From: a virus | Taxonomy: Duplodnaviria; Caudoviricetes | IMG/VR virus record: IMGVR_UViG_2511231028_000004 | Location: 8,448-72,447 of that record | Direction: 5' to 3' (one strand) | DNA length: 64,000 bases | In this document: positions 26,290-36,696 of the stretch, one piece after another | Position numbering within the stretch: the stretch's first letter is position 1 | Layout: each line of letters begins with the position of its first letter | Program-made: the position numbers and the translations under genes | Notes under the pieces: generated by a model | The model's input: only the letters and a program-made list of their open reading frames with translations | What the model was told of the DNA's origin: nothing | Databases searched by the model: none

Positions 26290-26952
26290 ATGAAACCGAT
26301 CGCAGAGGCGTTGGAGAAGCTTTCGCCTGAAGTCCGCGCCGAGCTAGCGAGGCCGCACGAACGGCGAGATCCCCGCCATGCGGAGATCGTCGTCGGAAAT
26401 GACCCGCGATGGTATGTGATTGAGGTGTTCGTGTCGGCGCAGTCGGAGGTCGCCGAAGTGCTCGCTGGCCATCGTTTCGGCGTGTACATGCCCGAAGTGG
26501 AGGAAGAGATCATTAGACGCGGGCGCAAGGTCGAGCGACGCGTGCCGATGTTCTCCGGCTATCTGTTCGTCTTCATGTGGTACAGCGACCAGCACTGGCA
26601 GTGCATCAGCGGCATTCCTGGCGTCGTCGAGATCGTCGGCAGCTTGACCGATGCAGAGATCGACATCGTGCGCGCCATGGAGAACATGAAGCGTCCTGTG
26701 GTCATCGATATCGAGCCGGAGCCCGAACCAGAGCCGGTCATCCCGACGGCGAAGTCCAAAAAGAAGCGCCGATGGAAGGATCGCAAGAAAGCCAAGGCCA
26801 AGGCGAAAGCGGCGAAGCCGAAGGTGATCACGGAAGCCGATCTCCGGGCGCAAATCATAACTACCCGTGCATGGTCGGCGTTCGACGACGTACTACAGCT
26901 TGACAGCGAGGGACGGAATCAGACCTTGATGCGCGCCTTGGGCCTGTCCTAG
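26290..26952 (+). CDS. NusG-family (NGN) transcription antiterminator, late regulator
   Basis: RWYVIEV...FGVYMPEV...RRVPMFSGYLFV...ISGIPGVVEIV. Confidence 0.88.
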   Translation: MKPIAEALEKLSPEVRAELARPHERRDPRHAEIVVGNDPRWYVIEVFVSAQSEVAEVLAGHRFGVYMPEVEEEIIRRGRKVERRVPMFSGYLFVFMWYSDQHWQCISGIPGVVEIVGSLTDAEIDIVRAMENMKRPVVIDIEPEPEPEPVIPTAKSKKKRRWKDRKKAKAKAKAAKPKVITEADLRAQIITTRAWSAFDDVLQLDSEGRNQTLMRALGLS

Positions 26953-27052
26953 TACCGACCGCATCACAACGGAACGCCGGAACGGACCCCATCGAAGCAG
27001 AGTTGATGCTTCACACATCCGGCATTGTGCCCAAAGCATGCTATATCGGAAC

Positions 27053-27183
27053 GGCGCTGCGGTGGCGGAAAACGCACCTAACTGACAGACGCGAAAGTCG
27101 GCTTCGGCCGGCGAGCCGAGCGGAATGGTGATATCCGAAGGATCGGCGTATTGCAGGTTTGAGTCCTGCCCGCAGCGTTACCA
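27053..27183 (+). ncRNA. tRNA-like structured RNA without a canonical anticodon arm
   Basis: GCTGCGG/CCGCAGC acceptor-like stem, TG-GCGGAA D-arm start, GCAGG-TTTGAGT-CCTGC T arm, ACCA 3' end. Confidence 0.55.
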
Positions 27184-27220
27184 AAAGCCCGGACACGGAA
27201 ACGTGCCGGGCTTTCGCGTT
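27184..27220 (+). terminator. Intrinsic terminator-like hairpin
   Basis: AAAGCCCGG-A-CACG-GAAA-CGTG-CCGGGCTTT followed by a T-rich tract. Confidence 0.6.
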
Positions 27221-27329
27221 TGCATAGGGTGTGCGGTAGCGCGGTTCGTTGCCGCTGCCCTCCTTGGGCGTTTCCTCCCTAGACTTGGGGCGCCTCTTCG
27301 GAAGCGGCCTGATCTTTCCCCGGTGATCG

Positions 27330-27692
27330 ATGGCTGGCAGACTGCGCGTCCTTGGTCAGAAGCTGAAGCCGCCGGCACGCAACCCGCGCATCTCGGTCAG
27401 GCCGAAGGAAGCAAAGCCGTTCTATCTGTCTCCAGAGTGGAAGGCCTTGATGCGCCAGATCATCAAGGTCCGTGGCCGTAGTTGCGAAGATCAGGATCAT
27501 GACTCGGCACAGCCGCGTCATGGCGTCAGGCTCTACGGTGACCACATCGTCGAGATCGAGGATGGCGGCGCCAAGCTCGATCCATCCAACGTGCTCTTGC
27601 GTTGTGGTCCGTGCCATGGGCGCAAGACGGCAGCGGCCCGCGCGGCCCGCGCACACACCGGGGTAGGGGGGAGGTCAATCTCTGGGCCGTAG
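27330..27692 (+). CDS. HNH endonuclease (packaging-associated)
   Basis: FYLSPEWKALM...CED...DHIVEIEDGG...NVLLRCGPCHGRKT, directly before the terminase. Confidence 0.9.
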   Translation: MAGRLRVLGQKLKPPARNPRISVRPKEAKPFYLSPEWKALMRQIIKVRGRSCEDQDHDSAQPRHGVRLYGDHIVEIEDGGAKLDPSNVLLRCGPCHGRKTAAARAARAHTGVGGRSISGP

Positions 27693-27735
27693 GGAGCCGG
27701 AACCGCATGGGTAGTCATGCGCAAAACTTTTTTTC
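27660..27735. other. Probable cos/packaging region
   Basis: G-run GGGGTAGGGGGGAGGTC to CGCAAAACTTTTTTT between HNH and TerS, the usual layout in HNH-cos phages; cut site not identified. Confidence 0.4.
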
Positions 27736-27787
27736 TGGCCCAGAGCTTTGAATCAATCGAACGACAATCAAAGAAATCAAACCGCCC

Positions 27788-28417
27788 ATGAGTTCCGGCG
27801 ACGAGACGGCTCCGAAGTCCAAGCGCGGCGGTAAACGCCCTGGCGCTGGTCGGAAGCCGAAGGGACACAAGGCGACCTCAGCGTTGCCGGCGCTCGACCT
27901 CGAGGCCGCCCTGGCGGCGCCGGCGCCCGATGACATCGAGTCGACAGCGCAGGCCTATTCCCGCGGTGCGATCGCCTCGCTGGTGAAGCAGCTCTGCCAC
28001 GGCAAGAGCGAGAGCTCGAAAGTCAATGCGGCGAACGCGATCCTTGATCGCGGCTACGGCAAGCCCTCGGTCGACGTCGGGGGTCTCTCGCAGCTCTCGC
28101 TGTTCGGCGGCATCCGGCCCGCGGCGGTCGTCGGCGACGAAATCCGGGTCGAGGCGCGCAAGTACGCCAACCTGGCCATCGAGGTGCTCGGCTCGATCGC
28201 CACCCGCGGCGAAACCGAGAGCGCGAGGGTTTCGGCGGCGAAGTCGCTGCTTGATCGCGGCGTCGGAACGGTCCAGGTCGCGAAGGTGCCGGAAGGGCTG
28301 CAGCCGAAGACGCTGGGCAAGAAGGAAGAGGCCGCAGTGGCCGCCCGCAATGCCGCCGCTGGCAAATACGCGCCGCCGCCGGCGCCCGGCGCAAGAAGGA
28401 TTGAGACCGTCCAGTGA
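27788..28417 (+). CDS. Terminase small subunit (probable)
   Basis: RGGKRPGAGRKP N-terminus, GKKEEAA...AAGKYAPPPAP C-terminus; stop overlaps the TerL start. Confidence 0.7.
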   Translation: MSSGDETAPKSKRGGKRPGAGRKPKGHKATSALPALDLEAALAAPAPDDIESTAQAYSRGAIASLVKQLCHGKSESSKVNAANAILDRGYGKPSVDVGGLSQLSLFGGIRPAAVVGDEIRVEARKYANLAIEVLGSIATRGETESARVSAAKSLLDRGVGTVQVAKVPEGLQPKTLGKKEEAAVAARNAAAGKYAPPPAPGARRIETVQ

Positions 28418-30357
28418 ACATGATGCCGACGTGGTCGACGGCGTGCCTGGATTGGAAGCAGCGCATCGTCAACCGGCAATCGCTGGTGACATTCGACGCG
28501 CTCTTTCCGGCAGAGGCTGAAGCGGCGCTGTCGATATTCCGAGACCTTCGGATCATCGACGTGCCCGGACGCCCGACGATCGAGCAATGTTGCCTGCCGT
28601 GGGTCTACGATCTTCCGCGTGCACTCTTCGGCTCATTCGACGCCGACGGGATCTCGGGAGATGACAACCTCGGGCGCCGGCTTATCCGGTATTTCTTCCT
28701 CTGCGTAGCGAAGAAGAACACCAAGTCCACGCTTGCCGCCGGCATCATGGTTACTGCGCTCTTGCGCAATTGGCGCGAGAGCGGCGAGTTCTACATCCTG
28801 GCGCCGACCAAGGAGGTCGCCGACAATTCGTTCTTCCCCGCGCGCGATATGATCCGCGCCGATGAGGAGCTGCTGAAACTGCTGCACGTCCAGGACAGCC
28901 AGCGCCTGATCACGCATCGGACGACCGGTGCCTTCCTGAAGGTCGCCGCCGCCGACAGCGAAACGGTGTCGGGCAAGAAGACGATTGGGCTCCTGATCGA
29001 CGAGCTCTGGCTGTTTGGCCAGCGCGCCAACGCGGAGTCGATGATCCGCGAAGCCGAGGGCGGTCTGAACTCTCGTCCGGAAGGGTTCGTGATCTACGCG
29101 ACGACGCAATCGAACAAACCGCCGTCGGGCATCTTCGATCAGAAGCTGAAGGACTTTCGCGATATCCGGGACGGCAAGCTGGTCGATCCACAGAGTCTGC
29201 CGATCATCTACGAATTCCCGGAGGAGATGATCAAGTCGAAGGCTTATGAGAAGCCGGAAAACTGGTTCATCCCCAACCCCAACTGGGGCAAGTCGGTCGA
29301 TCCGAACTTCCTGATCGGAAAGCGTGCTGAGGCCGCGCGCGGCGGCAAGGCCTCGCTGATTGACTGGGACGCGAAGTTTCTCAACGTTCAGGCCGGCATG
29401 TCGCAGCGTGCCGACGGTTGGGCCGGTGCCGAGCTCTGGGATCGCGGCATCGACACGTCGCTCACGCTCGACGCGGTGCTCGATCGGAGCGAAGTCGTGA
29501 CGATGGGCCTTGACGGCGGCGGTCTCGATGATCTTCTCGGCGCCGGGGTGGTTGGCCGCGAGAAGGTAACGAAGCGCTGGCTTGGCTGGGCATGTGCGCT
29601 CATCTCAACGATCGGGCTTTATCGTCGAAAGGCGAACCTGACCGAGTACAGGAAGTTCATCGCGTCCGGCGATCTGATCGTGTTTCGCTTTCACAGCAAG
29701 GATGCCGAGGAGGCCGAAAGCGACCCGGATGTTGCTGCGCTGCTGGCTGAATTTCCGCCGGCCATTAGCGTCGAGGGCGAGCTTCCATTCGACATCAAGT
29801 TCGTTGTCGACCTGGTGGCGAAGATCCGGGACATTGGCTTGCTTGCCCAGGTCGGGGTCGACGCTGCCGGCATCGGCGCCATCGTCGACGCGCTGGCCGG
29901 CATCGATATTACCCAGGATGCCGAGACGCTCGATGCGGTGCGGCAGGGCATCGGCCTGATGGGTGCTTACAAGACGGTCGAGCGCAAGCTCGGCGACCGG
30001 ACCTTCCTCCACTGCGGTTCGGAGCTGCTCAACTGGTGCGTCGGCAATGCGCGCGTCGTGCTAACGACGACCGCTTCGCGGATCGCCCGCGAAGAAGCCG
30101 GCTTTGGAAAGATCGACCCCTTGATCGCGCTCTTCAATGCAGCCCATCTGATGACCCTCAATCCGGAAGCTGGCGGACTGTCGGTTTTCGACACCATGGG
30201 CGACGACCAAGACCCGCAATCGGATGCTGAATCGGCGGCATCACTCGCCGAAGAGGCGGCGATCCTCGGCGATCCGCAGCATCCGCGCTTCGAAGAGATG
30301 CGCGAACGAGTCAACGCCCGTCTCGCTGCCAACGATACGGATGAATTCTATGCGTAA
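28414..30357 (+). CDS. Terminase large subunit
   Basis: VAKKNTKS Walker A, LLIDELW Walker B, GLDGGGLDD nuclease motif, KIDPLIALFNA. Confidence 0.93.
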   Translation: MNMMPTWSTACLDWKQRIVNRQSLVTFDALFPAEAEAALSIFRDLRIIDVPGRPTIEQCCLPWVYDLPRALFGSFDADGISGDDNLGRRLIRYFFLCVAKKNTKSTLAAGIMVTALLRNWRESGEFYILAPTKEVADNSFFPARDMIRADEELLKLLHVQDSQRLITHRTTGAFLKVAAADSETVSGKKTIGLLIDELWLFGQRANAESMIREAEGGLNSRPEGFVIYATTQSNKPPSGIFDQKLKDFRDIRDGKLVDPQSLPIIYEFPEEMIKSKAYEKPENWFIPNPNWGKSVDPNFLIGKRAEAARGGKASLIDWDAKFLNVQAGMSQRADGWAGAELWDRGIDTSLTLDAVLDRSEVVTMGLDGGGLDDLLGAGVVGREKVTKRWLGWACALISTIGLYRRKANLTEYRKFIASGDLIVFRFHSKDAEEAESDPDVAALLAEFPPAISVEGELPFDIKFVVDLVAKIRDIGLLAQVGVDAAGIGAIVDALAGIDITQDAETLDAVRQGIGLMGAYKTVERKLGDRTFLHCGSELLNWCVGNARVVLTTTASRIAREEAGFGKIDPLIALFNAAHLMTLNPEAGGLSVFDTMGDDQDPQSDAESAASLAEEAAILGDPQHPRFEEMRERVNARLAANDTDEFYA

Positions 30358-30553
30358 CGCCCTTGTTTCGATTGGCAGCTGGCTGGCGCGGACTTTCGAC
30401 GTCCGCGACGTCATGCTGACGATCGGACTTCTGCTGCTGGCGGGCGGGTTCTACCTGGTCTGGCCGCCGGCCGCGCTGATCGTGCCCGGCGCGATCGTCA
30501 CGGCCGTTGCCGTGTTCGCGAGCCGCATCAACAGCCACGCGGAGGAGGGCTGA
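30350..30553 (+). CDS. Small membrane protein before the portal
   Basis: Two hydrophobic helices. Confidence 0.65.
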   Translation: MRNALVSIGSWLARTFDVRDVMLTIGLLLLAGGFYLVWPPAALIVPGAIVTAVAVFASRINSHAEEG

Positions 30554-30554
30554 C

Positions 30555-31937
30555 ATGGGAATCCTCAACCGCATGACCTCCGACCAGCGCTATCCGGGCG
30601 CTGCGAGGGTTTCCAATCCTGGCCGCACGCTCGCCGGCGTCGCGATCACGCCGGATTCGGCAATGATGCTGTCGGCTGTCTGGGCCGCCTTCCGCTATCT
30701 GTCGCAGACCGTCGCGGTGCTGCCCTGGCACGTCAAGAAGGACGGCAAGACCGGCCCGGAGATCCAGTCGTCGCACGGCGTCGACTATCTGTTGTGGAAG
30801 CGGCCGAGCAAGGAATGGTCGTCCTTTCAGTTTCGCGAGACGCTGACGCATTGGGCGTTGCGCTGGGGCAACGGCTATGCCGAGATCGAGCAGGATCAGC
30901 TCGGCCGCCCCTTCGCCATGTGGCCGATCCATCCGGAGCGCGTGCGGGTCTGTCGCGCAACCGACCATGAAGTCGACGCGTACGGCGATCCGATCGAGCC
31001 GGGCGATCTCTATTACGAGATCGACCAGCGCGGTACGACGATGGGTGGGGCGACCATCCTCGCGGCGAAGAACATGTTCCACATTCGCGGATTCGGCGAA
31101 GGACCGGTCGGCGTCAACGTGATTGCATATGCCGCCCAGTCGCTGGGCTGGGCGCGTGCCGCGCAATTGTTCGGCGCGGCCTTCTTCGGCAACGGCATGA
31201 ATCCTGCCGGTGTCGTCATCAACAAGAAGCCGTTGAAGCCGGATGGGCTGAAGCGCCAGAAGGCTGAGTTCGATCAGCTCTACAAAGGGCCGAACAACGC
31301 CAACCGGACCGCATTCCTGGACAATGAAGCCGACTGGAAGCCGATCGGCTTCAATGCCCAGAACTCGCAGCTGATCGAGGTGCACCAGTTCCTGATCGAG
31401 GAGCAGTGTCGGTGGACCGGCGCACCGCCGCACAAGGTCATGCACCTGCTGCGGGCGACGTTCACCAACATCGAATCCCAGGGCATCGAAGTCGTCGTCG
31501 ACAGCATCTCGCCTTGGGTGAAGCGCTTCGAGGATGAGGCCGAGTTCAAGCTGTTCGGCCAGAACCGCCAGAAGCTCTACACCAAGATCGACATGCGCGC
31601 CCTGATGCGCGGCGACATGGCGGCGCGCATCGCATACTACAAGGGTATGACGTCGATCGGCGCCTATTCGCCGAACCGGGTGCTCGAGCTCGAGGACGAG
31701 AACACGCTCGGCCCCGAGGGTGACATCCACACCATGCAGGGTCAGAACGTCACGTTGAAGCAGATCGCAGAGGGCAAGGTTGAGACCGCGCCTGGCGCGC
31801 CGCCGGCGCCGACCGAGAGCGACGACGCCGAGCCGGCCACGCCGCCAGAAGTCGGTGAGGACGAAGAGACCCAAGCGCGTATCGCCCGACGGCTTTACGC
31901 GATCGAGCAGCTGATGGGCGAGCCGGCACATGTCTAA
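30555..31937 (+). CDS. Portal protein, HK97 family
   Basis: [46 protein letters not shown] motifs. Confidence 0.95.
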   Translation: MGILNRMTSDQRYPGAARVSNPGRTLAGVAITPDSAMMLSAVWAAFRYLSQTVAVLPWHVKKDGKTGPEIQSSHGVDYLLWKRPSKEWSSFQFRETLTHWALRWGNGYAEIEQDQLGRPFAMWPIHPERVRVCRATDHEVDAYGDPIEPGDLYYEIDQRGTTMGGATILAAKNMFHIRGFGEGPVGVNVIAYAAQSLGWARAAQLFGAAFFGNGMNPAGVVINKKPLKPDGLKRQKAEFDQLYKGPNNANRTAFLDNEADWKPIGFNAQNSQLIEVHQFLIEEQCRWTGAPPHKVMHLLRATFTNIESQGIEVVVDSISPWVKRFEDEAEFKLFGQNRQKLYTKIDMRALMRGDMAARIAYYKGMTSIGAYSPNRVLELEDENTLGPEGDIHTMQGQNVTLKQIAEGKVETAPGAPPAPTESDDAEPATPPEVGEDEETQARIARRLYAIEQLMGEPAHV

Positions 31938-32898
31938 ATCCCCCGTGATGCTCGCGCGCAGCGAAGCCTCGCCGCCGGAAAAGCCGGTGTCGCTGCTGGA
32001 GCGGACCGTTGCGCTGGTCGAGCGTCTCGTCGGTCGCGTCAGCGCGCTCGAGCAGAAGCCGCTCGGCCGTGACGGTCGCGATGGTATCCAGGGCGAGCGC
32101 GGTCCTGTCGGAGAAGCCGGGCCGCGCGGTGAGGTGGGTCCGGTCGGCGAGCGCGGTGAACAAGGCATGCCCGGCGAGGTTGGCCCTTCCGGCCCGCGCG
32201 GCGAGGCGGGCGAGCGCGGTCCGGTGGGGGAAACCGGACCACGTGGCGAGGCAGGCCCGGTTGGCGAGCGCGGTGAACAAGGCGTCCCCGGCGAGGTTGG
32301 CGAACGCGGTGAGCGCGGTCCACAGGGAGAGGCTGGCCCGCGCGGCGAAGCGGGTCCGCAGGGCGAACGCGGCGAGCGCGGTGAGCAAGGTTTGCGCGGT
32401 GAAGGCGGCCCTGTCGGCGAGCGCGGTCCGGCTGGCGAGGCCGGCCCGCGCGGTGAAGCCGGTCCGGCTGGTCCGATCGGCCGCGATGGGCGCGATGGTT
32501 TGCCGGGTGTCCAAGGCGAACGCGGTCCGCAGGGTGAAGCCGGCCCGACGGGCGAGGTCGGTCCGCAGGGCGAACCGGGTCTACGCGGCGAAGCCGGCGA
32601 GCCGGGTCCGCGCGGCGAGGGTGGTCCGATGGGCCCGCAGGGCGATGCCGGGCCGCAAGGGCCGCGGGGCGAGCCAGGCGAGCCTGGCCCCCGTGGTGAG
32701 CAGGGACTGCCGGGCCCGATGGGCAAGCAGGGCCCGCGCGGCGAGGTCGGTCCCGTCGGCCCGCGCGGCGAGCCTGGTGTCAGCATCGAGATCGGCGATG
32801 TCTTCCGAGCCGGCATCACGGCAAAGGACCTCGACCGCGTCATGGTCCGGGAGATCACCATCAATGGCGAGACCTTCCAGGTTCTCGTTCCGAATTGA
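31930..32898 (+). CDS. Collagen-like protein (80 uninterrupted Gly-X-Y triplets)
   Basis: 45-aa N-terminal segment with a coiled-coil pattern, (GXY)80, 37-aa C-terminal domain. Confidence 0.9.
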   Translation: MSKSPVMLARSEASPPEKPVSLLERTVALVERLVGRVSALEQKPLGRDGRDGIQGERGPVGEAGPRGEVGPVGERGEQGMPGEVGPSGPRGEAGERGPVGETGPRGEAGPVGERGEQGVPGEVGERGERGPQGEAGPRGEAGPQGERGERGEQGLRGEGGPVGERGPAGEAGPRGEAGPAGPIGRDGRDGLPGVQGERGPQGEAGPTGEVGPQGEPGLRGEAGEPGPRGEGGPMGPQGDAGPQGPRGEPGEPGPRGEQGLPGPMGKQGPRGEVGPVGPRGEPGVSIEIGDVFRAGITAKDLDRVMVREITINGETFQVLVPN

Positions 32899-32905
32899 GG
32901 GCAGC

Positions 32906-33646
32906 ATGAGCAAGCATCTCTTTCCGATCTTCAACGCCGTGGTGCCGATCAAGGCCAAGCCCGCCGCGGGCGCCAAGCCGAGCGGCTATCGCGTCGTCGT
33001 CAACAAGGCAAAGGACAGCGCCGAGATCTACGTCTATGGCGTGATCGGCGGCGACTGGTTCGGCGAGGGCGTCACAGCGAAGCAATTCGCCGACGACCTC
33101 AAGGCGCTCGGCAGCGTCAAGACGATCGACCTGCGGATCAATTCCGAAGGCGGCTCGGTGTTCGACGGCAAGGCGATGTATTCGCTGCTCAACGAGCACA
33201 AGGCGAGGAAGATCGTGCACATCGACGGGCTGGCCGCCTCGGCCGCCTCGTTCTTGGCGATGGCCGGCGACGAGATCGAGATCGCCGAGGGCGCCTTCGT
33301 GATGATCCACAACGCCTATACCATCGCGATGGGCGATGCGCGCGAGCTGCGCCGCTCGGCCGAGATGCTGGACACTGTCAACAACACAATCATCGACGTC
33401 TATGCCGCGCGCACCAAGGCCGAGCGCAAGAAGATCGTGCAGTGGATGGACGACGAGACATGGATGACCGGCGCCGAAGCCGTCGAGAACGGTTTTGCCG
33501 ATCGCATGGTTGAGAACCTGAAGGTCGCGGCCTGCGTCAGCAATCCGAAGGCACTGGAAACCTTCAAGAAGGTTCCGTCAGCGCTGAAGCCGAACAACCG
33601 CCGCGCCGCTGCCGCTTTCGCGCGCATCGCGGCGCTGAAGGCCTGA
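32906..33646 (+). CDS. ClpP-like head maturation protease
   Basis: [44 protein letters not shown]. Confidence 0.93.
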   Translation: MSKHLFPIFNAVVPIKAKPAAGAKPSGYRVVVNKAKDSAEIYVYGVIGGDWFGEGVTAKQFADDLKALGSVKTIDLRINSEGGSVFDGKAMYSLLNEHKARKIVHIDGLAASAASFLAMAGDEIEIAEGAFVMIHNAYTIAMGDARELRRSAEMLDTVNNTIIDVYAARTKAERKKIVQWMDDETWMTGAEAVENGFADRMVENLKVAACVSNPKALETFKKVPSALKPNNRRAAAAFARIAALKA

Positions 33647-33774
33647 CACCGAGATTCCGTCTGCAGACGGATACGCGCCGCAGTGATGCGCCGCGTCAAT
33701 CGCGACCGATGTGAGATCGGCCGCATCACAGGTCCCGCCGTGAGGCGAGACAGCCCATAGAAGGACAGAATTCT

Positions 33775-35223
33775 ATGACCATGAAGAGCGCCCTTCTGGG
33801 CGATTACTCGCGTCTCGCCGCTCTCGCTGCGCTTGGCGCTGTCTCCCTCGGTGCGATCCGCATGGACGCGCCGGTGCTCGCTGACCTCGAGGCGCGCGTC
33901 GTCGAGATCAACGCCGCACTCGATGCCTTCCGCGTCCGCGCCGAAGCCGGCGAGGATCTCACGGACGAAGAGACCGCTGAAATCGAGGAGAGCGCCGGCG
34001 AGCTCGAAAAGCTCACCAAGAAGATCAAGGCGCTGAAGCTGCTGCAGCCCACCGGCCAGGGCCGCCGCAGCGCGCCGGAAGCGCGGACCGAGCCTGCGGG
34101 CGGCGGCCAGCGCCGCACCGTCCCGGCCGAACCGCGTCAGGACAACCAGCGCCATGGCTTCCGCTCGTTCGGCAGCTTTGCCCAGTCGGTGCTCAACCAC
34201 TACCGTGGCAACGTCACGGAAGAGGTCGGACGGCTCCGCAACATCGCCACCACCTATGGCGGCGAGGGTGTCGGTGCGGACGGCGGCTTCCTGATCCCGC
34301 CGACCTTCTCTCAGGAGATCTGGCAGAAGGTGATGGCGGAGGAGAACCTGCTCAGCCGCTGTACCCCGCTGACGACCGACGGCAACAGCATGATGATCCC
34401 GAAGGACGAGACTACGCCGTGGCAGACGTCCGGCGGCGTCCAGGTCTATTGGGAAGGCGAGGCGCAAGTCCCGTCCGCATCCAAGCCGCTGCTCGAGCTT
34501 GGCAACTTCCGGCTTTGCAAGCTGATGGGCATCGTGCCCATCAGCGAGGAGATGATGCAGGATGCCTCGGGCCTCGAATCCTGGTTGCGTGCCAAGGCGC
34601 CGAGCAAGATGGTGGCCAAGATCAACACCGCCATCATCGCCGGCACCGGTGTCGGCCAGCCGCTCGGCATCATCCCGGGCTACGGCGCGGTCGGCGCGTC
34701 CGTCGTCCAGGTCAGCAAGGCCACCTCGCAGCCGGCCGACACGCTCTGGATGGCCAACGTCGAAGACATGTATTCCCGCATGTACTCCGGCTGGCGGCGC
34801 AACGGGATCTGGCTGATCAACCAGGATCTCGAGCCGCAGCTCAACCGCATGGCGTTCCAGGCAGCCGGTGCGTCGTCTCTGTTGCCGGGCACCAATCCGG
34901 TGCCCGCCTACATGCCGGCCGGCGGGCTGTCGAACTCGCCCTATGCGACGCTGAAGGGACGCCCGGTGGTGCCGCTCGAGGCCTGCGCCGCGATCGGCGA
35001 TCTCGGCGACATCATCTTTGCCGATCTCAGCCAGTATTGGGCGCTGACCAAGGCTAATGGCGGCGTTCAGACCGACAGTTCAATCCATCTCTATTTCGAC
35101 CAGGCGCTGACCGCGTTCCGGTTCATTTTCCGGGTCAACGGCCAGCCGGCATGGTCTTCGACCATCGCCCGTCAGAACGGCAGCAACACGCTGTCCTGGG
35201 CCGTCGCGCTGCAAGCGCGCTGA
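33775..35223 (+). CDS. Major capsid protein, HK97 fold, with N-terminal delta-like domain
   Basis: DGGFLIPP, YWEGEA, ISEEMMQD, IIAGTGVGQPLGI, FADLSQY. Confidence 0.95.
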   Translation: MTMKSALLGDYSRLAALAALGAVSLGAIRMDAPVLADLEARVVEINAALDAFRVRAEAGEDLTDEETAEIEESAGELEKLTKKIKALKLLQPTGQGRRSAPEARTEPAGGGQRRTVPAEPRQDNQRHGFRSFGSFAQSVLNHYRGNVTEEVGRLRNIATTYGGEGVGADGGFLIPPTFSQEIWQKVMAEENLLSRCTPLTTDGNSMMIPKDETTPWQTSGGVQVYWEGEAQVPSASKPLLELGNFRLCKLMGIVPISEEMMQDASGLESWLRAKAPSKMVAKINTAIIAGTGVGQPLGIIPGYGAVGASVVQVSKATSQPADTLWMANVEDMYSRMYSGWRRNGIWLINQDLEPQLNRMAFQAAGASSLLPGTNPVPAYMPAGGLSNSPYATLKGRPVVPLEACAAIGDLGDIIFADLSQYWALTKANGGVQTDSSIHLYFDQALTAFRFIFRVNGQPAWSSTIARQNGSNTLSWAVALQAR

Positions 35224-35351
35224 TCGAACCAATGACGATGCCGCGCGCCGCCTGACCGCTGGCGCGCGGCCCATCTCTTCCCCGAATTGCTCCGGCGCCG
35301 GCGCGGATGTTGCCAGAGGCGCTCTCCTCATTCCCAAAAGGGAAATCTGCC

Positions 35352-35891
35352 ATGAAGAACGCTCACTTCGTCGAGAAGAACCAGGTGGTGCTCGGCTTCA
35401 AGCCGGTCGCAATGAACACCGCGGCCAACAATGGCGACTATGTCAGCCTGAAAGGCTATGCCCGCTGCGCCGTGATCTTCATCAAGGCGGTCGGCACCGC
35501 CGGCGACGATCCGACCCTGTCGTTCAAGCAGGCGACCGACGTGTCCGGTACCGGCGTCAAGGCGCTCGGCGTCACCCGCATCGACAAGAAGCAGGCAGCG
35601 ACCGACCTGACCGCGGTCGGCACGTTCACCAAGTCGACGACGGACTCGCCGGCGACCAATGACACCTTCAACACCACGAATGGCACCTGGACCAATTCGG
35701 ACCTTGCCGAGCAGGCGGCGATCGTCGTCGCCGACATCAAGGCCGAGGATCTCGACATCGCCAACGGCTTCGACTGCATCACCTGCAACGTCGGCGACGT
35801 CGGCACCAATGCCCAGCTCGGCACGCTGATCTTCGTGCTGCATGAGCCGCGCAACATGAAGGAAACGCTGGATTCGGCGATCGTCGACTGA
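35352..35891 (+). CDS. Probable head decoration/cement protein
   Basis: Beta-rich 179-aa ORF directly after the capsid gene, followed by a hairpin. Confidence 0.55.
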   Translation: MKNAHFVEKNQVVLGFKPVAMNTAANNGDYVSLKGYARCAVIFIKAVGTAGDDPTLSFKQATDVSGTGVKALGVTRIDKKQAATDLTAVGTFTKSTTDSPATNDTFNTTNGTWTNSDLAEQAAIVVADIKAEDLDIANGFDCITCNVGDVGTNAQLGTLIFVLHEPRNMKETLDSAIVD

Positions 35892-35914
35892 CGGCGTTCG
35901 AACCCCGATGAGAT

Positions 35915-35943
35915 GAGGCTCCGGCATTTGCCGGAGCCTCTTC
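35915..35943 (+). terminator. Hairpin terminator/attenuator after the capsid genes
   Basis: GAGGCTCCGGC-ATTT-GCCGGAGCCTC; short U tract. Confidence 0.5.
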
Positions 35944-35974
35944 ACCGCCAACTCAAGAACCAGCGAGTCCTGTC

Positions 35975-36373
35975 ATGAAAGTCAAGATGCTCGTCACCCC
36001 GCCCGGTGGCCGCCGCGAATTCGAGAAGGGCGAGACCTACGATCTCGAGGAGAGCTACGCGAAGAAGTTCATCTCGCGCAGCTGGGCCGAGCCCGCCGAC
36101 AAGGCGGCGGAACGGGCCGCGAAGGAAGAGCAGGAGCGTTCTGCTGCGACAGCCAAGGCCAAGACCGAGCAGGAGGCCAGGGACAAGGCGGCGGCGCAAC
36201 TCGCGGCCAGGCTCGAAGCCCGCGGGAAGATCATGATCCCGGCCGACATCTCGAATTTGTCCGCCGGCGATGTCATCAAGCTCGCCCAGTCGCTGAGCGA
36301 TGACCAGATCAAGACTCCTGACGACGCGATGAAGGCGATCGAGACCGAAAAGGCTCGCCGCAACCCTACGTGA
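35975..36373 (+). CDS. Hypothetical head-module protein
   Basis: 132 aa, charged helical. Confidence 0.65.
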   Translation: MKVKMLVTPPGGRREFEKGETYDLEESYAKKFISRSWAEPADKAAERAAKEEQERSAATAKAKTEQEARDKAAAQLAARLEARGKIMIPADISNLSAGDVIKLAQSLSDDQIKTPDDAMKAIETEKARRNPT

Positions 36374-36693
36374 CGCCGGAAGGCGATCGTCTCGATCGCC
36401 ATCTCCGCACCTCGATCTTCGAGCTCTCGAAACCAGACGAGCAAGCCACCATGCGCGGACTCCAGCGGCTGGCCAACGTGACCGGCAATTTGATGAAGCA
36501 AGCGGACGCCGAGGCCGATGCCGCGGCGTCCGAGCTCGAGGCCGCCTATGCCGAGCAGGTGAGCGTCGCGAAGCGCTACTCGGCCTTCGCCAAGCAGGTC
36601 TCGCAGGCCTCGAAAGAGGCGATCGATAACCTCAACCAGATCAGCAACATCCCTTTGCCGGAGTCCGAAGGCTCCGGGAATTCGCAGGGCTGA
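36370..36693 (+). CDS. Hypothetical coiled-coil protein
   Basis: 107 aa, coupled start. Confidence 0.6.
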   Translation: MTPEGDRLDRHLRTSIFELSKPDEQATMRGLQRLANVTGNLMKQADAEADAAASELEAAYAEQVSVAKRYSAFAKQVSQASKEAIDNLNQISNIPLPESEGSGNSQG

Positions 36694-36696
36694 CCG

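Noticed and set aside
27053-27183. tmRNA or tRNA-Sec
   Set aside because: No G3-U70 pair, tag frame or UCA anticodon arm
32060-32790. Repeats as a CRISPR array
   Set aside because: Codon-level GXY repeats without constant repeat/unique spacer structure; no cas genes in the window
30528-32864. 778-aa minus-strand Pro-rich ORF
   Set aside because: Antisense shadow of the portal and the collagen GXY repeats
33655-33760. Several short hairpins before the capsid gene as an ncRNA
   Set aside because: Short GC-rich stems expected by chance; could be an mRNA stabiliser but there is no supporting pattern
33775-33870. Signal peptide on the major capsid protein
   Set aside because: The hydrophobic N-terminus is more simply part of the cleaved delta/scaffold region, or the true start is slightly downstream
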